Positions 41,290 through 53,520 of a stretch of DNA of 64,000 bases are shown here, in pieces; position 1 is the first letter of the stretch; the number at the start of each line of letters is the position of its first letter. Origin of the DNA: Octopus bimaculoides (Eukaryota); assembly GCF_001194135.2 (NCBI RefSeq), contig NC_068993.1, positions 42,067,749 through 42,131,748 on the forward strand. Direction: 5' to 3'. The notes under the pieces were generated by a model. It ran no database searches. It was not told where the DNA came from and worked only from the letters and a program-made list of their open reading frames with translations. The position numbers and the translations under genes were made by a program.

Positions 41290-42470
41290 ACTCAAAAGAT
41301 ATTACAGCGGAATAAAGAAAATTTGGACCTCAGAATTTTCTGCATTCAATAAAACAGGGGCCCATAATGTGTTTGCAGTGCTAGTACTCATCCGAGCCAT
41401 TGATGTGAAAACCCAAAAAATACTAGCAAGCACACGTAATTTCCACATAAACAGTGACGTAGACCGCCTCTACCTAAAACGAAAAGGTGCCAGAGGCTGA
41501 ACATCGATCCAAAATGCCTTTGAATGTTGCATCAAATCCCTTCGGTAACATCTTTTAGCCACAAGTGTCAAATTGTATCCCTTGACTAAGTTTGTATACA
41601 TGAGACTGATAACAGCATCAGACTTGGAAGGCAGCTTCTTGAGCAACACCCTGAGTCTGATAACGTAGAATTACATGCCCAAAGAAGTTGCACAACTTTA
41701 CCGTAACGTTTCAGCAGATGAAAGGCTGAGCTTATATGAGCAGAAGACTATACATGGATATGTTAGTAGAAAGCTCCGAGATGTTAATAACATCGATCAT
41801 CAAAGCAGTCTATCATGGACCAACAATCGGATTACTAACTCCCACTTTCAATGGTATGCGTTTGCAATCCAGGAACTGGAAATATCAACCAAATACCTGA
41901 TGTACAAAAGGGACAGAGATGCAGGAAAAGCCGTAAAATATGACAACCGATACAGACTTCATGGTGTTAACACTGAAGATATCAGTCAGTCATAATGCTG
42001 TCACGGTTTTATGTAGCGATGAGACATGATGTTGTAGCTAAGACGCTCTATAATGAAATCCGTCGGAAGGACAAATAAATTAGAACCCACAGTATTGAGG
42101 GAGCCATAACCACTCATAATAAAGAGTACTGACAGAATATCTAAGTGAAGACATCAATAAAATATATGCACAACAGACCTGATATAATGATTTGGGATAG
42201 AGAAGAGAAACTGTGTACTGTTGTGGAAATTAGCTACCCAACGGAATGTTAACATAAAGCTGAAGATCAGTGAAAAGAGAGAACACCTATGCTGAACTCT
42301 TGAGAAATCTGCTCTTACTTTATCCAGATTACAAGTTTAGATTTATATTTGTAATCATTGGGGCCTTGGGATATGTAACACACTGCCTAAATACCAATCT
42401 TGAAAAATTAGGCTTCTGAAAACCAGAGAGGAGAAAACGAATTCGAAGACTACACATCCGATCCATCCCT
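41290..42470 (+). mobile_element. R2/R4-type LINE remnant: RT thumb, CCHC knuckle region and RLE
   Basis: In order: YYSGIKKIWTSEFSAFNK..AHNVFAV; RNFHINSDVDRLYLKRKG; AFAIQELEISTKYL; DNRYRLHGVNTEDISQ (degenerate CRLC..E...H); RHDVVAKTLYNEI; PDIMIWDREEKLCTVVEISYP; IIGALGYV. It has many frameshifts and no visible TAA tail. Confidence 0.9.
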
Positions 42471-43212
42471 AAAATTGTAGCGCATTCATCCTACTTTTTG
42501 GACTGCCATGTTGGCTTGGCGATAACTATTAATTTCCAGTATCGCTGCCGTAGTCTTCTTTGGAGAGACTTAGAAATATTAATATTTCTATTTTTGAAAA
42601 CCAGTCGATGTATTCCAATGAATTTAGGTAAATAATCCTTCGTACTGACGGTCAGTAGCGACACCTGCTGGATTCGGCTACTCTACATTGATAAGGGGCA
42701 ACACACTGAAACTAGTCTGTAGATGCCANNNNNNNNNNNNNNNNNNNNNNNNNNNNNNNNNNNNNNNNNNNNNNNNNNNNNNNNNNNNNNNNNNNNNNNN
42801 NNNNNNNNNNNNNNNNNNNNNNNNNNNNNNNNNNNNNNNNNNNNNNNNNNNNNNNNNNNNNNNNNNNNNNNNNNNNNNNNNNNNNNNNNNNNNNNNNNNN
42901 NNNNNNNNNNNNNNNNNNNNNNNNNNNNNNNNNNNNNNNNNNNNNNNNNNNNNNNNNNNNNNNNNNNNNNNNNNNNNNNNNNNNNNNNNNNNNNNNNNNN
43001 NNNNNNNNNNNNNNNNNNNNNNNNNNNNNNNNNNNNNNNNNNNNNNNNNNNNNNNNNNNNNNNNNNNNNNNNNNNNNNNNNNNNNNNNNNNNNNNNNNNN
43101 NNNNNNNNNNNNNNNNNNNNNNNNNNNNNNNNNNNNNNNNNNNNNNNNNNNNNNNNNNNNNNNNNNNNNNNNNNNNNNNNNNNNNNNNNNNNNNNNNNNN
43201 NNNNNNNNAAAT

Positions 43213-43528
43213 GGAGTTATTCATATTCTTTTACTTCCGACACATGTTTCGAAGATATCATTGTTATTATTCCAAAAGAATAAAATGGTGTAAAACAATG
43301 TGATCTTCTCTATATGGAAATGAAGAAATGAAACTCGACAATGAGACATTTTAACAGAATATGATGGATATGTATAGTGATTAGCTGAACGCTATTAAGT
43401 TTCATTAAAAAAAAAAACTAAACGGATATAACGTCAAATGTAGGCTATAGAAAGAGGAGGGGTAAAGGAAATAATACCAGTGATATCTTCGAAACATGTA
43501 TCGGAAGTAAAAGAATTTGAATAACACC
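43213..43528. repeat. About 60-bp inverted repeat pair (arms 43213-43273 and 43467-43528)
   Basis: The left arm reverse-complements to GGAATAATAACAATGATATCTTCGAAACATGTGTCGGAAGTAAAAGAATATGAATAAC. The right arm reads GGAAATAATACCAGTGATATCTTCGAAACATGTATCGGAAGTAAAAGAATTTGAATAAC. Confidence 0.9.
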
Positions 43529-44176
43529 TGCGTTTAACACCATTTATTTGTTTATATATATTATACAAAATCTGCGATGATTTCAAGTAGTCTCGCGACA
43601 AATTCTTTCTGATTTTGGCACTAGTCCAGCCAGTTTCTGGAAAGAAGATGCAAGTTTGTTACATTGGCCCAGACGCTGAACTTGATATATAATCGACGAT
43701 GAAAGGATGAGAAGTAAACTTGACTTTGGCGGGAATTCAGAAGAAATCCCGTTTAAGGAGATATGGTCCAGAGTGCCCACGCAGGTTTAACAGCAGTTTT
43801 ACCTTTTCTGATGGGCGGTATTTTACGATATATCGAGTAGTTATTTGGCGGGTTGTTTCACTATTGTTGCACGCAAATATTCTTCAAACAAAAAATTGAT
43901 GTGTAATGGCATAAACATGTATAAACATAACGTAATAATGTTTTTCTCCGAACTACCACTGTGTATCTGCGTCCCATTATATTATGAACGCCCACTGCAG
44001 AGGATGCTCATAGCCACAAATGCGAAACAAGAGTAGGGAACAAATGGTATAAACTGCATCTTGTGTTTATCACAATTTTCCTATATTTTGTCTGTACATC
44101 GTAACAGGTAATATCGATAAGTACAAGCCTCAGTGATACTGTTCTACTTGCAGTTCCAAACTCTCCAGCATTAGTA

Positions 44177-44215
<39 letters not shown>

Positions 44216-44915
44216 TGTATGTGTGTATGTATATATGTATTTATGTATGTGTGTATCTATGTATGTATATGCGTGGGTAGGTGACTATATATGTATATAC
44301 ATACATTCATACGTGTAAACAGACACACACACAAATACACACATACACACATACACATACACACACACATATATAACTGAAGCATTGTGGAATTTATATT
44401 TGGCTAATGTAGGGCAAGAAAACGTAACAATGCGATTGTAAAGATCAAAAGACCGAAATGTTTTCTTAATCCTTAACATGATCAAACACATGATAATCAT
44501 AAAAGAAACGAGAAATTTCCGCTTGTATGAAAGTAAAAAATCGGTTGACCGAATACACATATAGACATTTTCAGCAAAAAATGCAGGATACGTTACTCAA
44601 GTGCTTAGAGAGTCATGCTAAAACACTTGTGAAGCAGTTTCGCTACGAAACACAAGGCTATAACATAAGCTTATAAAAGGTTACGTATACTTTACATACT
44701 TAACTTTGTTTCTTCTATATAAACATATGTATACATACAGGTGAGTGGACACACGAAAGAAAGAGGCACTCAACACGTTTAGTATGCGTTTCTTATATTA
44801 TTTAATAGTAGTTTGATTTGTCTCCGTGAAATTTAAAGTTTCGTAAGCTTCTCATAGAAATCTAACTCATCTGTCTTAGCCAAATATATTCATATACACA
44901 TACATTAATGTCATA

Positions 44916-45136
44916 TTGAGGGGCTGCTGAAAAATTCCTGGCTTTAAAGTTTGGGACGAAAGGCCAGGCTGGAGGGCCCAAACTTTCGAGTTCTTTTACA
45001 AGGCTTAGTCACAATGAAGATATGTTGTAATAAGTGTATAAATCTGACAGAGGAATAGGTTGAATAAAATCACAATTAACTGATCTTCTTGTATTGTCTT
45101 TTACCCAAAGCCAGGAACTTTTCAGCTCCCCTTCAT
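44916..45136. mobile_element. Mariner-type MITE, about 220 bp
   Basis: The TIRs are TGAGGGGCTGCTGAAAAATTCCTGGCTTT and AAAGCCAGGAACTTTTCAGCTCCCCTTCA, with TA dinucleotides at or next to the ends. Confidence 0.75.
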
Positions 45137-45799
45137 ATCTCCTTTCCTCGTATCAAATCAGACATCATTACCATTGGTAATCATGATACATCCTCTCGAG
45201 GCAGAGATAATTTTAATAAATCTAGAACTTCTGTTTTAATGTATTCGGTATATTTATATTTGTTTATGTTGTTCAAATACATGCCTCGAGCCACTCCGAG
45301 TTATTTCTCTATGCTCATATTATGCTAATTATGCAAATTATCTAAGCCATAAATGGATTCAGCTGTTTTTGTGTAAGTCTAAGCCCCTTGGCCACAAAGG
45401 CAAGGTTGTGGGTTTGTCATCCGATGTCTTTTTAAACAGACATCTTTGTACAAGGGTGTCCATTTATGTCTAGACAATAAGCCAATCCTTTTCCTTCATA
45501 ATACGTCAACTTGGGAGAATTCTTTGTATTTGAGATTAGCTCCAACGCTCTTATGGGAGTGTTTATTAACATTTGATAATTATGACACAGCCTCTAGAGT
45601 TAGTTGTAATAATTCAAGAATTTATGTTGTATACTATTTTATAAAATTATGGTGTCTATGTTCAAAAATATGCACATGGCGATTCGAATTATTTCTCTGA
45701 GTTTAGTTTTTCTGCATATATACACATAGGTACACACATACACGCACACACACATACACACATGCACATATATATATACGCGCGCACACACACACATAC

Positions 45800-45830
<31 letters not shown>

Positions 45831-48539
45831 AAGAGAGAGAGGTGGGGAGAGACAGACAGAGACAGGCAGACAGACAGTGAGGGAGGGCGAGAAGGGATGG
45901 GACTGAGACAGAGAGAAAATACAAAAGAACGAAATATCATAATATAGAATTTCTATATGAAGATAGCTAGATATGTATTAGCGGAACACTTTTGGTTTCG
46001 CAAATGTTATAGTACTTCATTAAGCAGATTCTAAAAGAAGGATGACTTGAATGTGGATTTATCTGGATTAAATATACATATAACATAAAATAACGCGATA
46101 TCTGTATTCAGTCAAACTTCATAAAATCCTAAATCAACTGCATCTATATTTTGACTGCAACGCCAAAGCTCTTTGTCATATTCAGCCATGACTTTATTTA
46201 AAGCTATCAATATATGTTTTTTTTGTTTTTTTTTTCATCAAGAGATGCCTCCCAAAGAAGATATCTACCGTAAATGAGTGAAGCCCTCGCGATTAAAAAT
46301 TAGAATTTTCTCCAACAGAATATGAAAGGGTAGAAATAGATCATATATAAACACATATAACATAACACTTTAATGCGTTATAATGAGCAAACTAAGTGAA
46401 TGAACATACATTTCCGGGTATAAACATATCGAAATATAATAAACTTATTTCTGGAAAGTGTCTGATTTTGCATAAGTCACAACCAAAATCTTTATTAGCC
46501 GAAATTTTACTGAAACCAACTTGGATTTATGTGGATTCAATACACTCGCCACAGTAAAGTCACGGAGCTTCAACATTCAGCGGGAAATAGATTCGATATT
46601 ACAACATTATAAACCCAGTCCTCGTTTATCGTAAACGACAATGTCATATGTTGAAACGGTTTGGTTATTTTGTTGCTTTTTACGCATCCGTACTAATGAG
46701 TCATTTTTACGTCAGTCTCATTTGTGAAAAACTGAATATTTCTTATTTTCTTTCAGTCTTGATACCATATTAATCTTATCTGAAATCTTATGGAATTTTT
46801 CTTAAAATATATGTTGCAATACACAAGATAAGTGTGTTTCTAATTCATTGAAATTGTTATTTTCTGTTAGGTTAGCTATACAATAAATAAATCCGAAACA
46901 TTTTAATGCAATTATGCTTTGGAAACATTTACAACTATCAATGATTACACGGCAAACTTTTAATACTAACACATTTTCAGTCCTGTTCTTTATTGTAGAA
47001 CAATGTAAATAATGTAAATAACGTACTGTTTCAGTAGTAAGAACTGTCTTGTATTCAAACTTACAGTAAATCGCAGCCAAATTTCATTTAGATTCGGTTA
47101 CATTGGTACACAAGCAATAACATTTCTTCTTTAAAATATATTACAACAAAAGAACATTGAATACAGTCATGTGCTCAAGTATCAAATATGGAAAGAGCTG
47201 GAATAATGTGATTCACGACAAGATTAGTTACAAAATAAGGCAGACATCCCAGTGATATATTCATATATAAACAAACACAAAATGCGCAATACCTATATAA
47301 GATATCTAAAGTCATAAAATCTATATAACAAGGAACGGCAGAGATGCTGCATATATCTCCTGCATTGCAAAACAAATCGTCAAAGATGTTCGTTCAAGTG
47401 TCAGAGAAAACACCTCGTAGTATTTATTCTGACTCGCTTTGCTCTGAGCTCAAATCTTATAGTGATAAACTTACCCTTTTGTCTGTTCGGGATCAGTAAA
47501 CAAATTACAGATCCAGTGCGAGGTATGACGGCTCTGTAAGAATGTCGGGCCGGATGTGTTGCTGTATTTTATTCCTTGTTGTTTGTTCTCTGAATTCATA
47601 ACCATCCAGAGCCTACATGTCTGGTACGCTTAATCCATTAATTGGCTTAACGTCTCCCCGAGACATCTTGGGGGAGCATTCAGCTGAGACCCTTCTGTTG
47701 CAAGCATTTGGGCGAGGACTCCTTTTTGAGGCCTTTCCTATTACATGCAACATGAACAATTTCTTGTAATTTCTCATTTTTTAAAAATCACCTTTTAAAG
47801 TCCAGCCTATTCAGGGTAATTTACCCACACCCTTTCATCAAAGGATATAGTCATAGTAGAAGGGAAGTTTCTCTCGTTCCTACCACTATTGGAGGCCCTG
47901 TAAAGAGATAAAGAGTTAAAAGAACTGCTTTAGTCAGATGTAAACTAGTCGAAAGACACCAAGTAAATTACATACGACATAAATATATTACGATATAGTG
48001 CCAACGACAAAAATAATTAAAATAATAATAAATAAATAATCCACAGAATTTTGAAACCCAAAGCTTCACCTTACATGTCATTCCTATGTCAATTATGCGG
48101 GAAACGAACATATAAACATAATAGATCTCTTAAATTCTAAAATATACATAAGAGAAATATATAGATCAACCAACGGAAGAGGCTCCATGAAATATGTCTT
48201 ATCAAGAATCTTACACCTACCTCATTAACAAACCAAATCAACAAACATGCATCTCTCCCTAGGCTAAATACATTTTTTATACAGCTCTTGCTGTTTCATA
48301 CGACAAGCTACTGCGGCTATATAGCAAATATACTTCCAGTTCTTGTGGTCATTCCCTATCATCGCACACACACACATACACACACACTCACACAGACCTA
48401 CACACAAAAATCCACACACATAATCGATCACACACATACACAGATCGACGAACAAACGAAATAACATTTACCAACTTTTTTTTTAAAGAAATGTTTCTTG
48501 TTTTTTGTTAAAAAAGAAAATACTTAATTCAGTACCATC

Positions 48540-48960
48540 ACTTCTAACAAGAAACGGAATTAATTTTAAGAAACATCAGCAACACCTCAATCGCCGATAT
48601 AGATACAGCAGTACTTACTTTCAACAAAATAATTATAGATGTTTGGAAAACATATCCCACAAGGCAACATAACAATTACAACCCTATTACACAACTGAGA
48701 CAATCAATAAGATAAAAGTTAATCATGACTTTAAACAAAACATACCAACGCCAGATTCAATAGAAATAACACCCAGCAACAACGAGCTAAATTTGCAAAA
48801 ACCACGTTATAAAAAACAAAACACTACATAGGTAATAAATAAACATACCTAAGAATGCCCGTAACACTTGTTGCAATAACATCTTTAAATATTAAAACGC
48901 ACCAATGGTAAGTAAAAAGAAAATTTTAAAAGAATACTTTCCAAAAGTGAACCACCAAAC
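48540..48960 (+). mobile_element. Possible Penelope-type reverse-transcriptase relic
   Basis: The frameshifted segments LTFNKII..IPQGN, EITPSNNELN and RYKKQNTT*VIN....ECP fall in the order expected for the PLE RT C-terminal half. It is very decayed. Confidence 0.35.
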
Positions 48961-49189
48961 AACACATTAGAGAGGATCAGAAATCCCAAAGTAGCTTTCT
49001 TTTATCTTAACCATATCCTTTGCTGAAAGGGTGTGGGTAAATTATCTCAAATAGGTTGAACTTTAAATGACAATTTAAAAAGCAATGATGAATTACAAGA
49101 AATGATTCATGTTGCAAAGTAACGACAAAGATTAAAACTACATAGAGAAAAATGAGAAAAATGTCCACTTAAAATATAACACTGTGCTT

Positions 49190-49600
49190 AAAATCGAGTC
49201 TAGTAAAATGTTATCTGATGCCAATTATCCTCTACAGAGCATAGACTTAGAGAGTGTACACAATTATGGAGTAAAAATAGAAGCCTTTGAGATGTGGTTC
49301 GTTTGCATATTGGGAAGAACAAGGTTGAAAGACAAGTTAACAAGTGCTACCCTACTAAAAAAGCTCAAAGTTTAAAGGCACTTTTTGTCTATAATCGAGT
49401 CTACAAAGCTATCGTATTTTGAACATACAATGCGTCACGAGTCATTGCCGAAGATAATTCTGACAGAACTTGTGGAGAGAATAAAGGAATTGTCCATCAA
49501 AAACATTTGATGGAGAACCGCAGAACCTTGGCGAGTAACCTCTAGACACAGGCAGGGCACTTGATTAATGGTTAAATAGGTAATGTATGCGTCATGAGAG
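49190..49600 (+). mobile_element. RTE-clade LINE C-terminal fragment
   Basis: KIEAFEMWFVCILGRTRLKDKLTSATLLKKLKV*RHFLSIIESTKLSYFEHTMRHESLPKIILTELVE matches the RTE pattern IxAFEMWxxR...W.D......L......KLxYFGHxMR. Confidence 0.8.
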
Positions 49601-50145
49601 ACAGTTTTCTCATGGTCCAAATTTTAGTGTATTTAATCATGAAGCGATAAGTTACATTTATTGCCAGACATTCTGTGCTGTTATTTGTGTATATACTTTT
49701 TCAAAAATTTTCTTTTGTAGCACAAATGCGGCATTATTGTATATTTTTAGAATATTACCAGTTGACGCGTTCTTGTTCAAAGCTTATATTTTTCTTCTTC
49801 ATTTTCACATAAGTTCATTGTCACGAGAGTAAAATTATTTTGTACAAAATTTTATATCCAGTGAGGTGTGAACTTTTTAGAGAGTAATATTTTTTTCTGT
49901 TGAAAAACTACTGAATACACACCATTTATACTGTATATATGAAATAATAAATACAAAAAACAAATAATGTAGTACTGATATTACGCTTATGCAAGGTACA
50001 TTCTAAAAAAATATTGTGAATAGTCCATAACATTTTTGATGCCCAGTATGAACTGATTATCAATCGAAAATATATAGCTTACGCTTTAAAAATTGTCTCA
50101 TGTATATATATATATATGTGTGTGTGTGTCTGTGTGTGTCTGTGT

Positions 50146-50220
<75 letters not shown>

Positions 50221-50700
50221 GCTCTGTGTGTGCACAAGAGCAGAATAAAACTGGATATTCTGTTGCAAAATGTTTTATTATACCATAAAAAAATTGTCAC
50301 CGAATCTCCTGGTTTATTTTGCTCTTGGATATATTGTCTGTAATCTGTTCCAATGTACATAATGCCAGACGAAAATCTAGGGAAAAAAATTATCTTTAAT
50401 ACCTGATTAGAATTGGCCTAGACGTGGACTTCATGGAGTTCTAATCATTGGTTAATTGTTATTCTATCTCATTTGACATACCAGCTTTCAAATACACGCG
50501 TGCGTGCGCAGAGGCTTGTGCCCAGATAGAAGTCTCTTAGCTTAATGGTGCAAAACGTTCAGCCGGGACTTGCGAGTTACACTGTTCTAAGCTGCTATCA
50601 CAGCATGTCTCTGTTCGAGAATTCCTTTATATTTCCTTATTATTTTATGACAGTATGTATGTATGTATATATGTATGTATGTATGCATGTATGTATGTAT

Positions 50701-51910
50701 AGGCGTGGCTGTGTGTTAAGAAGCGTGCTTCCCAGTCACATGGCTCCAGGTTTAGTGCCACTGCGTGGAACCTTGGGTAAGTATTTTGTACTATAGCCAC
50801 GGGGCGACCAAAGCCTTGTGAGTGGATTTAGTAAACTGAAACTGAAAGAAGCCCGTTGTATATATATATATATATATATACTAGCTGATGTGTCCGGTAA
50901 TTCCCGGGAAAGTGGGGTTTATCCCTTGGTTCCATTCTCATAATTTACAGAAAATACCAAATCGTCTTACACGGGATCTTGTTTTTAGGAATTCCCAATA
51001 AGTTATGGATACCCAAATTGTGAAGTCAGTTATGTAATCGCATGAAATTAGTTACCCAATAGTAAGAATTCAAATAAAGTAGCCCCCCAAAAGGGCTTTA
51101 ATGCGTTCCCAGCGTATATAGAACTTAGGAGGAAATACTAATAAGTTATATATATGAAAATCGTGAAGCATGTTACGTAATAGCAGGCTAATCAGATATG
51201 AGAAAATAACAATTCAAAGTAAATAACACTGAAAAGGGCTTTTGCGTGTTCTCTGAGAATATTACCCTCAGCGGCGCTAGTGTGGGTATATACGTGAATG
51301 AGTCACTAACCGAAATAAGTGGATCTATTGTTGAGCAAAATACTACTTATTTGTTGAAGGCTTGAACTGGATAATTTGCGAAAATAAGTCTCACAGTCCA
51401 AATACTAAGAAATAAGCATTTTCAATTTGATTTATACCAAATGATTTAGGAAAATGAATGGGTTAATTCCCTTGGCTGTTAATTTCTGGGCGAATGGATT
51501 ACTCCCTTGGCTGTTAAAATGCAATATATTAGATATGTATAACGAACCTTTCCAGGGGCCATATTATCATCGATTTTTTCAACCACCTGAGCATGCCATA
51601 ACGTTTCTAGACATGAGTTCTACTCACGTGTCACGTCTCATCAAAATCGATAAAGCTATGTAGGAGGAGTTAGCTAACACCTCCACAAACACACCTACAG
51701 GCAGAATTTTCCATATATGTATGTATGTATCTGTGTGTCTGTGTTTGTCCCCCCACCATCGCTTGACAACCGATGTTTGTGTGTTTACGTGCCCGTAACC
51801 TAGCAGTTTAGCACAAGAGAGCGATAGAATAAATACTGGCTTACAAAGGGTCGATTTGTTCGACTGAAGGCGGTACTCCAAAATGGCCGCAGTCAAATGA
51901 CTGAAAAGAA
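50701..51910 (+). mobile_element. SINE family B split by an insertion
   Basis: The 5' half is 50701-50879 (AGGCGTGGCTGTGTG...GAAAGAAGCCCGTTG(TA)n). The 3' half is about 51719-51910 (TGTTTGTCCCCCCACCATCGCTTGACAACCG...GCCGCAGTCAAATGACTGAAA). Confidence 0.88.
50880..51715 (+). mobile_element. Helentron/DINE-like non-autonomous element inserted in the SINE (TA)n
   Basis: It begins ACTAGCTGA followed by a hairpin CCGG-TAATTC-CCGG. It ends ...CATCAAAATCGATAAAGCTATGTAGGAGGAGTTAGC...CAGAATTTTCCATATAT and shows no obvious TSD. Confidence 0.55.
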
Positions 51911-52269
51911 TATATATATATATATATATGGATGTGTGTATGTATATACATATATATATACATTCAGTTACCCTTCCAGAATAATGTTTTCACAAACCTC
52001 GGGATGTATTCGGCTATTCGCAACGAAGGCAATTTAAAACAGAAGGAAATGAATTACGACGACAGTTATAATTCAATTACGTATTTTCCTTTTTGAATGC
52101 AAATTCAAAAACGTCTTGAAAATTTCTATCAATATTTAATTTTTGCTACACTAACTTACTTTTTATATAAAATATGGTTATTCATTTATTTTTCATGTAT
52201 CACATTAAAAATATTTAAGAATATAAATTTGAATGGATGTCTTAATGATTGTTGGCATATATTTCAAAA

Positions 52270-53520
52270 TCCTTCGCAAAGAAGAAGAAACTAAAGTTGA
52301 AGTTATTCGTTGTGTGATCCAACACCAAATTTTTGTTGTGAAGTTGCGTAAGCAAGAATTGATATTTGTGGTGAATGACGTAATAGAGATTTTAATTGCT
52401 GTGGAAGCCATATGCGAGAATGGTGGGGAAGCTCAATATTCAAGCCTCCTTTTCCACACATAAGCCATTCGAGATGGAATTTCATCTAGACGTATTCGCA
52501 ATAGTATCTGGATATTGGGTATCGACGACTAAACATGTACAGACAAATGACGTAGCGTCTAGAGCGTGACACGATTGTGTTTTGGAAACCTTGACGGTGT
52601 CTTGTATTCTCGAGAAAAATCATTTTATTTCACGTTGCCGCAGTTCACTCAGTTGTAAATGAGTTTCAAAAATAGCCGGGAAGTTAACCTTAAGAGTGAG
52701 TCTTGTAATCTCACACACTTATACGCCACGAACCCGAGTTAGACTCCGGCTTAATGCGTCCAGCAGATCACGAAGAAAAAGCAACAGAACATAAGATATT
52801 TCTAGTGAATCAAAACTACATGCTCTTTCAAATATGCTAAGTAACTGCATCTGGGTGCTAAATTTCTCAATTGAGCTGATATCTTTGAGTATGGCAGTGC
52901 ACTAAACAATGAATTTAAAAGGGAGTCAATGTAAGATTCAATGTAATTTTAGCAAGAAAAATAGATTTTAGCATTTAGATATACGCTTCTGTACCGACAC
53001 CGGGAAGTGGATCAAAATCAGATAACCGCTTTTCCAAAACTAGCAAGATTTTTAAAAGATTGTGACGATATCAGGTTCAGTGACATCAAGGAGTCAGTTA
53101 CAAGGAATCTTATCGAACGCAAATGGCGGTTTTCTGATTATTTTCAAGAACTCGATTGACAAGGTGTCAGTTGTGTTGTGAATCACTTTAAGTGTAAAAT
53201 TGCTGATGTGCCTGAAGAACTTGTAGGTTTGAAAGAGGCACTTCTTGAACTTCGCTTCAATGGAAAAGCACTCATGGAATTTCAGCATCAGGCAGGTCTC
53301 TTATCTTTGTCGAGAGCTACAATGATTTTCCAAGCTGCATATATGGAAGCGACAAAAGTACTGCGTAATTTCAAAAGAGATTTTTAACATTGATAAACTT
53401 GAAAACAAAGTAGAGAGAAAGAGAAATTATAACCTGAAGTCGACATTTAAATATGCCGTTACATCAAAAGCCGTAATTTTCATGGTATATCAAAGCAAAC
53501 TGCAAGATTTTTTCAAAGCC
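52270..53520 (+). mobile_element. hAT (Buster/Charlie, ZBED5-like) transposase remnant, interrupted
   Basis: In order: VIRCVIQHQ (HCxIH); VNDVIEIL; SSLLFHT*AIR (LLFHTEVRW); ADIFEY; AFPKLARF; FSDYFQE; NHF; LLELR; FLTLINLKTK*R. Stops and frameshifts are present. Confidence 0.85.
52547..52770 (+). mobile_element. SINE family C fragment inside the hAT remnant
   Basis: TTTTATTTCACGTTGCCGCAGTTCACTCAGTTGTAAATGAG matches the reverse complement of the 29178-29477 body. Confidence 0.65.

Noticed and set aside
47175-47375. GPCR TM6-like LPYFVTNLV in a minus-strand ORF, with a possible AG/GT exon
   Set aside because: There is no preceding CW or following NPxxY, the ORF is short and AT-rich, and no neighbouring exons were found.
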